Shown: one piece after another, positions 45,939 to 53,245 of the stretch
Layout of the letters: the number at the start of each line of letters is the position of its first letter
Numbering within the stretch: position 1 is the stretch's first letter
DNA from: Gemmatimonadota bacterium
GTDB taxonomy: Bacteria; Gemmatimonadota; Gemmatimonadetes; Gemmatimonadales; Gemmatimonadaceae
Length of the DNA: 53,245 bases
Direction of reading: 5' to 3'
Assembly (NCBI GenBank): GCA_031372565.1
Contig: JANMLN010000144.1
Coordinates: 1 to 53,245, forward strand
Notes under the pieces: generated by a model
Database searches by the model: none
What the model was told of the DNA's origin: nothing
Seen by the model: only the letters and a program-made list of their open reading frames with translations
Program-made: the position numbers and the translations under genes

Positions 45939-48266
45939 TCAAGCGAATGCCTGCTGATACAGGTACTTCTGGAAGCCTGCGAACACCCTCCCAACCTCGT
46001 CCGCGCGCCCGAGGTCAGCGAGCGCGTCGGCGATGGAGTTCTTATACCGCAGCCTCAGCAACGGCGTCAACTTCTCCTGATCCAGCTCCTGCACCCCCTC
46101 CTGCACGTAGTGCGCGAGCACGAAATCCAGGAACGCCTGCTGCTTGCTGCTGAACTGCCGGCCAATCTCCCGCTTGGCCATCGAAGACCGCTCCGCCCGC
46201 GTGATGGGCGGCAGCGCGTACGCCACGTGCGCCAGCACGTCGAACAGGTCGCTCTTCTCGGCGTCGATGATCTTCTGCATCTCGGCGAGCTGCTCGGCGC
46301 CGAAGCCCTTCTCGGCTAGCCCCTCCAGCAGCTTCCTGCGCGTGTCCGGAGCACTCCAGATGGCGCGCAGTTCCGCCTCATTCTTGAAGAAGTCGGGGAG
46401 CTTGCCGAAGAGCATCTCCATGAACTGTTGAGCCGACAGGGGCGTCCCGTCCGGATGCCAGAAGCTCGTCGCGACCATGTGCTGGATCGTGCGCTCCTTG
46501 CCGTCCGCCAGCTTCACCTTGATGCGCTGCGGCCGGGGCGGTCGGTCCCCGCCCCCACGAGACGTTCCCCACGGCGGCTCCGGCGACTCGCGCACGCGCG
46601 CCGGTGCCTTGGGCTCCGGCTCCAGCGGTTCGCCGTCCCACTCCGGGTCACTGAAGTGGTGATGAGCCTTCACGAAGTCGTAGATCGTGAAGTAGTCCTT
46701 GCCGTCGTAGAGGCGAGTGCCGCGACCGATGATCTGCTTGAACTCGATCATCGAGTTGATGGGCCGCATCAGCACGATGTTCCGGATGTTCCGGGCGTCG
46801 ACGCCCGTTGAGAGCTTCTGCGACGTGGTCAGGATCGACGGGATCAGCTTTTCGTTGTCCTGGAAGTCCCGCAGGTGCTGCTCGCCCAGGGCGCCGTCGT
46901 TGGCCGTGACGCGCTGGCAGTAGTTCGGGTCGGTCGACGTCTTCATCTGGTTGATCAGGTCGCGCACGGCCAGCGCATGATCCTGCGTGGCGCAGAACAC
47001 CAGCGTCTTCTCGTTCTGGTTGATCTGGTCCATGAAGAGCTTCACGCGATGCGCTTCGCGCGCGGTGATCTCGATGATCCGGTTGAAGTCGCCTTCCTCG
47101 AACCGGTCGCCGGCCTCGATGTCGCCCTCGACCACGGTATCGTCAGGCGTGTAGACGTACTCGTCGAGCGTCGTCGAGGTCTGGCGCACCTTGAACGGCG
47201 TCAGGAACCCGTCGTTGATGCCGTCCTTGAGCGAGTAGCTGTAGACGGGGTCGCCGAAGTAGGCGTACGTGTCGGCGTTGTCTTGGCGCCTGGGCGTCGC
47301 GGTGAGCCCGAACTGCACGGCAGGCGCGAAGTACTCCAGGATCCCACGCCAGTTGCTCTCGTCATTCGCGCCCCCGCGATGACACTCGTCGATGATGATG
47401 AGGTCGAAGAAGTCGGGCGGATATTCGCCGAAGTGCGGCGACGGCTTGCCGTCCTTGGGCCTGCCGCTCATGAAGGTCTGGAAAATCGTGAAGAACAGGC
47501 TGCCGTTCTTCGGGACCCTCCCTTTCTTGGCGATGTCGGCCGGGTCGATGCGCACCAGCGCGTCCTCCGCGAAGGCGGAGAACGCATTGTAGGCCTGGTT
47601 GGCGAGGATGTTGCGGTCCGCCAGGAAGAGAATCCGCGGCCGGCGATCCGGGCTGCGACTCAGGTTCCAGCGACTCTGGAACAGCTTCCACGCGACCTGG
47701 AAGGCAATAAACGTCTTGCCGGTGCCCGTGGCGAGCGTGAGCAGGATGCGCTGGCGGCCGTCGGAGATCGCCTGCAGCACGCGCTCGACCGCGACGTCCT
47801 GGTAGTAGCGGCTCGGGTGCGAGCCTCCCTTGTCCTCGAAGGGCACTGCGGCAAACCGGTCGCGCCAGGCGTTCTGAGTGTCGAAGGTCCGCGCCCACAG
47901 CTCGTCCGGTGTCGGGTACGTCGTGGCGACGCCCTCCGTACCGGCCTGCATGTCGATGCCGTACAAACCCTGCCCGTTCGTCGAGTAGGCAAAGCGCACC
48001 GCCATCTTGGTCGCGTAGTCCTTCGCCTGCGCAACGCCCTCGGTGAGCGGCTTGTCCCACGCCTTCGCCTCGACGACCGCGAGCTTGTGGTTCCGGTAGA
48101 CGAGGACGTAGTCAGCCGTGAGCGGCTTGCCGCGTCGGCCGAGCCCCTCGATGCGTCCGGGCGTGATTCGATACTCACGCTGGATCTTGCTGCTGTCGAC
48201 CACGCCCCAGCCCGCCGCCTTGAGGGCGGGATCGATGTGCGCGGCACGGGTCTCGGCTTCGTTCAT
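45939..48266 (-). CDS. hsdR: Type I restriction enzyme R subunit (EcoEI/EcoAI-like)
   Basis: ADYVL...VVEAK nuclease motif, LATGTGKT, DECHRG, GLTATP, FKQIIGRGTR, EcoEI-R-type C-terminus. Confidence 0.95.
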   Translation of the reverse strand: MNEAETRAAHIDPALKAAGWGVVDSSKIQREYRITPGRIEGLGRRGKPLTADYVLVYRNHKLAVVEAKAWDKPLTEGVAQAKDYATKMAVRFAYSTNGQGLYGIDMQAGTEGVATTYPTPDELWARTFDTQNAWRDRFAAVPFEDKGGSHPSRYYQDVAVERVLQAISDGRQRILLTLATGTGKTFIAFQVAWKLFQSRWNLSRSPDRRPRILFLADRNILANQAYNAFSAFAEDALVRIDPADIAKKGRVPKNGSLFFTIFQTFMSGRPKDGKPSPHFGEYPPDFFDLIIIDECHRGGANDESNWRGILEYFAPAVQFGLTATPRRQDNADTYAYFGDPVYSYSLKDGINDGFLTPFKVRQTSTTLDEYVYTPDDTVVEGDIEAGDRFEEGDFNRIIEITAREAHRVKLFMDQINQNEKTLVFCATQDHALAVRDLINQMKTSTDPNYCQRVTANDGALGEQHLRDFQDNEKLIPSILTTSQKLSTGVDARNIRNIVLMRPINSMIEFKQIIGRGTRLYDGKDYFTIYDFVKAHHHFSDPEWDGEPLEPEPKAPARVRESPEPPWGTSRGGGDRPPRPQRIKVKLADGKERTIQHMVATSFWHPDGTPLSAQQFMEMLFGKLPDFFKNEAELRAIWSAPDTRRKLLEGLAEKGFGAEQLAEMQKIIDAEKSDLFDVLAHVAYALPPITRAERSSMAKREIGRQFSSKQQAFLDFVLAHYVQEGVQELDQEKLTPLLRLRYKNSIADALADLGRADEVGRVFAGFQKYLYQQAFA

Positions 48267-48273
48267 TGGCGGC

Positions 48274-49611
48274 TCAAAGTCGACCGGTGAAAGCGTCGCG
48301 CAATAGTGCCTCCCTCAACTCCGAGACGGCATCTGCTTTTCTCTCGTAGACCCGCGAAACGAGTGCCGTTTCGCGCCGTAGGCTGTCCAACTCCGATACG
48401 ATGCGCACCTGCTCAGACCGATCTGGACAGCAAATATGGAACGCCTTCGCTTCGGGAAAGTAGATCGTCTGATGCACGGACCCGTTGGCGAAACGAAGGA
48501 GGCCAGTGCGACCCTCGGCGAGTAGCGCATACATCAGAAATTCGGGGACCAGATCCCTGGAACAGACCCAATTTACGAAGTCCTGGCTCGTCGCCATCGG
48601 GCGACCCATCACCACCACGTAGCCGACCGAAGCGGTTCGAGACAGGCAGACAGTGTCCACGGGCAGCACTCGAGCCGATGAATTTGCGATTCCTAACTCG
48701 TTCGTATACTCGAGAGTCGCATCGATCCGCATACCATGCAACGCTCGTGCATCCTGAATACCAATCCACGGAACACTGCCTCCCCAGTACTCTGGGTGAC
48801 GGCGGCTCGGTGTGTGGCCGGACTCAAGCCGCGCGACTTCTGACAGCGCGACCCAGCGCCAGCCGACCCGAGTGGGTGTCCTAGGCATCCCGACGGCTAT
48901 TGAGAAGAGTCCGGGAATGTGCCTGAGCGTCGCCTCTCGCCCCCCAGTCTGTGTGGCGTCCTCTCTTACTTCAGTAAGGCTCTCACGTTGTGATGTCCCT
49001 CTCACAGACGCGGGGACAGACTCAAGAGACGTTCTGCGCAGCGCCCCATCCGTCGGCTTGCTAGCAGGGTCACCATTCGTGACCTGCGTGAACACTCCCC
49101 GAAGGCGGCTCTCGAAGAGAGCGAGGGCATTCAGGAGGTTGGCCTCGGCGTTGGCCCTCGCAGTAGCAGTGCCTGAAAGAGCTTCGTCGAGTATACCGAC
49201 GATTCTGTGTTGCTCGTCTAACGGAGGAACTGGCACGGGCAGATCTTCGAAGTGACGACGCCGGAGAGACTTGACAGTGGCTCCCACCGCGACGCTTGGG
49301 AAGTAGTCAGACCGATAGTGCAAGAAGTGGTAGAGGAACCGAACGTCGAGGCGGCGAGAAAAGGCGAAGAGGGCATACGCTCGTTGATGCAGGTCAAACT
49401 TGCCCTCGAAATGCTTGGGGAGAAACTCCTTCCCTTCTCCCGGAATGATCAATGCCTCACAATCGTACAGGTAACGGTTGCTTCGCTTGATGGTCTTCGA
49501 TCGGTCGAAGAAGGCGTATGGACCCTCGGAGACTGCATCCTGCGTGTTCGACTCTCCGCTGGCGATGGAACAGAGGGTCCCCATTGGGACGGTTTCGTGT
49601 CCAGTCTTCAC
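48274..49611 (-). CDS. hsdS: Type I restriction-modification specificity subunit
   Basis: Two TRDs, each followed by a conserved helix (VPPLDEQHRIVGILD; EQVRIVSELD...LLRDAFTGRL). Confidence 0.92.
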   Translation of the reverse strand: MKTGHETVPMGTLCSIASGESNTQDAVSEGPYAFFDRSKTIKRSNRYLYDCEALIIPGEGKEFLPKHFEGKFDLHQRAYALFAFSRRLDVRFLYHFLHYRSDYFPSVAVGATVKSLRRRHFEDLPVPVPPLDEQHRIVGILDEALSGTATARANAEANLLNALALFESRLRGVFTQVTNGDPASKPTDGALRRTSLESVPASVRGTSQRESLTEVREDATQTGGREATLRHIPGLFSIAVGMPRTPTRVGWRWVALSEVARLESGHTPSRRHPEYWGGSVPWIGIQDARALHGMRIDATLEYTNELGIANSSARVLPVDTVCLSRTASVGYVVVMGRPMATSQDFVNWVCSRDLVPEFLMYALLAEGRTGLLRFANGSVHQTIYFPEAKAFHICCPDRSEQVRIVSELDSLRRETALVSRVYERKADAVSELREALLRDAFTGRL

Positions 49612-51065
49612 AGCAGTGTCTTGATGCGCGCGAGCACCTGCGCGCTCTGGGCATCGAGCGAGGCGATTTCGTCGAGAATGGCCGCCGGACTCCGACGCGC
49701 ACTCTCATCACGGATATTCGGGTTCTTCGCCGAGAGATCAAAGGTCGACGCGTCGATCTCCTGCACGGCTGACAACCACGATCGTGGCGATTCGGTATTG
49801 CTCGCCTGCATCATCACGAACTCTGCCACGTCTTCATCATTTAGGGGATGTGACTTGCCCATGCTACGCCCGGGCGAGAGCTGGTAATACCAGATCGTCC
49901 GCGTCGGCGTCCCCTTCTCGAAGAACAACACCACCGTCTTCACGCCCGCCCCGATGAACGTCCCACTCGGGCAGTCGAGAATCGTGTGCAAGTTGCAGCT
50001 CTCCAGTAGGCTCTTCCGCAGGCTCACTGAGGCATTGTCGGTGTTTGACAGGAACGTGTTCTTGATGACAACCGCTCCACGCCCACCAGCCTTGAGCATC
50101 TTGATGAAGTGCTGCAGAAACAAGTACGCCGTCTCTCCCGTGCGAATCGGGAAATTCTGCTGCACCTCAGGCCGCTCCTTGCCACCAAACGGCGGGTTGG
50201 CCAGCACGACGTCGTAGCGATCCTTCTCCTGCACGTCCGCCAGGTTCTCAGTCAGCGTGTTCGTGTGCAGGATGTTCGGCGCCTCGATGCCGTGCAGGAT
50301 CATGTTCATGATCGCGATCACGTACGCGAGCGACTTCTTCTCCTTGCCGTAGAAGGTCCGCTCCTGCAGCGTTCGGTCCTGCGCCGTCGTCCGCTTGGGG
50401 TGCGTGGCCTTGAGGTAGTCGTACGCTTCGCAGAGGAAGCCCGCCGAGCCGCACGCGCCGTCGTAGATGCGCTCACCGATCTGCGGCTTCACCACCTTGA
50501 TCATGGCACGGATGAGCGGGCGAGGTGTGTAGTACTCGCCGCCGTTCCGCCCCGCGTTCCCCATGTTCTTGATCTTCGCCTCGTACAGGTGCGAGAGCTC
50601 GTGCTTCTCAGCCTGTGAGCGGAAGCGCAGATCATCCACGTGATCGATGATCTCGCGGAGGTTGTAGCCGCTCTGGATCTTGTTCTTGATCTCGCCAAAG
50701 ATCTCCCCGATCTTGTACTCGATCGTGTTGGGCCCGCTCGCACGCTGCTTGAAGCCGTGCAGGTATGGGATGAGCTTCCGGTCTACGAAGTCGCGCAGGT
50801 CGTCGCCCGTCAGCGCCTTGTTGTGGTCCAGCTTCCCGTCCTTCCCCTTCGGCGCGGCCCAGCTCTCCCAGCGGTACTGCTTCTCGAGGATGTAGCTGTA
50901 CTTCTTGCCCTCGAGCGCCGCTTCGTCGGACCGGTCCTGCTCCAAGCCGTCCAGGTACTTGAGAAAGAGGAGCCACGACGTCTGCTCGGTGTAGTCGAGC
51001 TCCGTCGTGCAGCCGGCCTCCTTCCAGAGGACGTTGTCGATGTTGCGGAAGGCTTGTTCAAACAT
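49608..51065 (-). CDS. hsdM: Type I restriction-modification N6-adenine methyltransferase
   Basis: GEYYTPR, YDGACGSAGFL (motif I), ANPPFGG (motif IV). Confidence 0.96.
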   Translation of the reverse strand: MFEQAFRNIDNVLWKEAGCTTELDYTEQTSWLLFLKYLDGLEQDRSDEAALEGKKYSYILEKQYRWESWAAPKGKDGKLDHNKALTGDDLRDFVDRKLIPYLHGFKQRASGPNTIEYKIGEIFGEIKNKIQSGYNLREIIDHVDDLRFRSQAEKHELSHLYEAKIKNMGNAGRNGGEYYTPRPLIRAMIKVVKPQIGERIYDGACGSAGFLCEAYDYLKATHPKRTTAQDRTLQERTFYGKEKKSLAYVIAIMNMILHGIEAPNILHTNTLTENLADVQEKDRYDVVLANPPFGGKERPEVQQNFPIRTGETAYLFLQHFIKMLKAGGRGAVVIKNTFLSNTDNASVSLRKSLLESCNLHTILDCPSGTFIGAGVKTVVLFFEKGTPTRTIWYYQLSPGRSMGKSHPLNDEDVAEFVMMQASNTESPRSWLSAVQEIDASTFDLSAKNPNIRDESARRSPAAILDEIASLDAQSAQVLARIKTLL

Positions 51066-51139
51066 GGGTGAGGTTGCCTATTGCGAGGATTCAGTACATC
51101 GGCGCAGAAGTAGCAACGGCTATCACCGGCTCCCCTCGA

Positions 51140-51734
51140 TCACGTAGGCGACGGCACATCGAACGTGTTCTTGACTCGGACAGACAGACGCCAGTACTGC
51201 ATTTGCGCGTAGGACGAGATGATCGCTATCGCGAGGCGCAGGAACTCCCGTGGCGAGCCCGATTCCGTGGCGATCATGTACACGAGGAAGGCTCCATTCA
51301 CGGCACTGATCGCCGCACATAGAAGGATCCAGTAGCGCCTGGTGCGCCGATGCCTCTGCGCGATCAACTGCACGCCGAAGGCGTAGACCATCGCAGAAAC
51401 GCCCCAAAACAGTGCTCCGCTGACGTTTCGATCCGCGACGCTGACGGCCAAGCGCAACGCGCTGAGGAGAGCGAGAATTACCCCACGGGTAGTTAAAGAA
51501 GAGGAGCCATCCGCGTACTCCCTCAAGTCTCGGATGTTCGGGAGCTGCTTCTGGAGGCGCTGCAGCAGGTGCGGACACTTCCCATACGCCTTGTGTTTGG
51601 CGCGCGGCGATGATTTCCCGGAGCGCGGCGGTCGCGCTCGGGACTAGTGCCTCGGGCGGCAGGCTCTCAAGCTCCTTGAGCTCAGTATCAGACATGCGAC
51701 TGTACTTGGTAAGAAACGCCTCGATGTCGGTCAT
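51140..51734 (-). pseudogene. Frameshifted DUF2569-like membrane protein
   Basis: Frame 1 runs MTDIEAF...EGVRGWLLFF; the TM-rich continuation (TTRGVILALL...YWRLSVRVKNTF) is in another frame from ~51495. Confidence 0.65.
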
Positions 51735-52350
51735 CGCGATTGGTCGGCGTGGGGCTGAGTTGACGATCGTCGAAAAGCATTCCCGAGTGGCTTCCGCGTC
51801 ACGATCATCGAGGTGCGAGCCTGAGAAGTTGGCATGCCCATCCGACACGCACGCGCAGCGCGCTTCCATGGCCTCGTGTTGCAGGGACCGTTTCTTCGTT
51901 GAGCTACCGTCCTAGACGGGGATTCACCTTGTCTGCGCGATCGTAAAAGGAGTACTCCTCGCCGTAGGGCGGAGGATCCGGACTCCTGGACTGTTCGACT
52001 CGGCGATAGCTAGCGGTTCACCGGGGTCGGGCTTGGCTCTGGCAGGAATATCCGCGACGTTCTTCGCCCACCTTGCCGCGTCGCTCGGTCTGATCGGCCC
52101 GTCCGGCCGAAGTTTCGGCTTGCCTCCGTAGGGGCTAAGCGAAAGCGCAGGAGCGCGGCCGGACGACGCCGCTGGGGCCAGCGCCTTTGGCTCGTGCGCC
52201 CATCCGCCCGCCATCAAGAACGCGGCGGTTGCGGTGCGCAGGGGTGAACCGATCGGCGCTTTTTGGGGGAGTCGCGTCATGAACTTTGAATTCTGGCGGT
52301 GGAGCCATCCGGCGCACTCCGGTATAAACAGCAGCCCATCCGCGAAAAAC

Positions 52351-52388
52351 GAAAGGCCCCACACCACCGAAGTGATGCAGGGCCTTTC
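52351..52388 (-). terminator. Hairpin directly downstream of the tRNA
   Basis: GAAAGGCCC...GGGCCTTTC followed by a T-tract on the minus strand. Confidence 0.7.
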
Positions 52389-52390
52389 AG

Positions 52391-52463
52391 TTGCCCCTCC
52401 TGGGATCGAACCAGGACTCTCCTGATCCAGAGTCAGGCGTGTTGCCAGTTACACCAAGGGGCA
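52391..52463 (-). tRNA. tRNA-Gln(CTG)
   Basis: TGCCCCT acceptor stem, D arm GGTGTAACTGGCAACAC, anticodon arm CCTGA-CTCTGGA-TCAGG, T arm CCTGG-TTCGATC-CCAGG; CCA not encoded. Confidence 0.97.
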
Positions 52464-52586
52464 GTTGTCTCCTACGCACCGTCCAACAAACCAACCAGCT
52501 AAAGCCCGCCAACACCCTAGGGGTATCGGCAGAGGGCTAAGTTTAGACGCAGCACCCCCCTCGTTCAACCCCGGCAGACCCCCCAA

Positions 52587-53245
52587 GTGCGCGTTTCCGT
52601 CGCGGTCGCCACTCTTTGCCTCGCCGCCGGCGCCGCCGCCTGCCGACCCGCCCTCGAGGGCCTCGGCTCCTCCGACGCCGAGCGCGCTCGCAACAGCGCC
52701 CAGCTCCTCACCGCGCTCGCCGACCGCTTCAACGCCTCCCAGCGCTCCCCGAACTACGCCCTCGCGCGCGCCAAGATCGCCAAGGCCTGGCTCGTCCCCT
52801 CCAAGGTCTGGTCCGATACCGGCGTCTGGCTCGCGCGCACCGACTCCTCCGCCACCTTCACCGCGTTCGGCCGCTTCCTCCCCGTCGGCTACCTCATGCA
52901 GGAGCGCGCGCCGCTTCCGCCCATCGTCGCGCTGGCCGACGCTCGGCACAGCATCACGCTGCGGCGCTCGCCGGACAAGGATTGGGAATGGAGCGCCGGC
53001 GTGGAGTTCGGCATCGGCACGGTCAAGGCCGACGAGCTGGCGCGCCTGATGACCTTGCTGCTCACCATCGGCGAAGGACGCACCGACGCGCAGCTCAAGG
53101 GCGACCTCTACAAGGCCATCCCCCTCACCGCCGCCTCGGCCGCGCGCCTGTGGGACCTGGATAGCCTCCGCGCGCTGCCGCTCGCCGACGGCTCGAGCGC
53201 GATGCTCCTCCAGACCACCATCCACCCGGAACGCATCGCCGCCAC
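52587..53245 (+). CDS. Partial hypothetical lipoprotein running off the window edge
   Basis: GTG start; VRVSVAVATLCLAAGAAAC lipobox-like signal; strongly C-ending codons; absent from the ORF track because there is no stop. Confidence 0.7.
   Translation, partial: MRVSVAVATLCLAAGAAACRPALEGLGSSDAERARNSAQLLTALADRFNASQRSPNYALARAKIAKAWLVPSKVWSDTGVWLARTDSSATFTAFGRFLPVGYLMQERAPLPPIVALADARHSITLRRSPDKDWEWSAGVEFGIGTVKADELARLMTLLLTIGEGRTDAQLKGDLYKAIPLTAASAARLWDLDSLRALPLADGSSAMLLQTTIHPERIAA

Larger units (their letters stand above)
37868..52434. mobile_element. Genomic island integrated at tRNA-Gln(CTG)
   Basis: Flanking tRNA 3'-half direct repeats; contents include an IS remnant, TA systems, R-M genes and AT-richer segments. 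Confidence 0.85.

Noticed and set aside
52449..53225. 258-aa minus-strand ORF and the listed plus-strand ORFs
   Set aside because: Codon bias and a lipoprotein signal support a different plus-strand frame starting at 52587.

Overview
High-GC bacterial chromosome segment; the gene content and protein style suggest Gemmatimonadota, which is an inference only. It has three parts. (1) 1-20.7 kb is a flagellar cluster. The minus strand carries flgL-fliW-[TPR/double glycosyltransferase]-fliC-fliD-fliS-fliT-like, a sigma54 response regulator, and flgB-flgC-orf-fliE-fliF-fliG-fliH-fliI-fliJ-motE-like plus a truncated ORF. A divergent plus-strand block carries two unknown ORFs, flgM, another unknown ORF and a PilZ protein. 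The regulatory wiring is readable in the DNA: sigma54 and sigma28 promoters, CGGCAA enhancer-like repeats, an IHF-like site, and three GGA hairpins in the flagellin leader. (2) 20.7-37.8 kb holds envelope and redox genes: an amidohydrolase, a Tat/GMC dehydrogenase pair, YciI + ECF sigma factor, a DsrE-like protein, a di-haem peroxidase, PepSY, OmpA with two DUF3494 ice-binding-like lipoproteins, and a sigma54-driven PEP-CTERM protein. REP-like repeats and a duplicated IS3 left end are also present. (3) 37.87-52.43 kb is a ~14.5 kb island bounded by a 46-bp direct repeat of the tRNA-Gln(CTG) 3' half, with no recognisable integrase. It carries an IS5-type remnant, a gluconate module (gnd, gntK, gntP, lipoprotein lactonase), VapBC, an XRE-HTH/IrrE-peptidase + PIN pair (RosmerTA-like), a type I R-M system (hsdM-hsdS-hsdR) and a frameshifted DUF2569-like gene. 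All family calls come from motif recognition by eye; no database searches were run.
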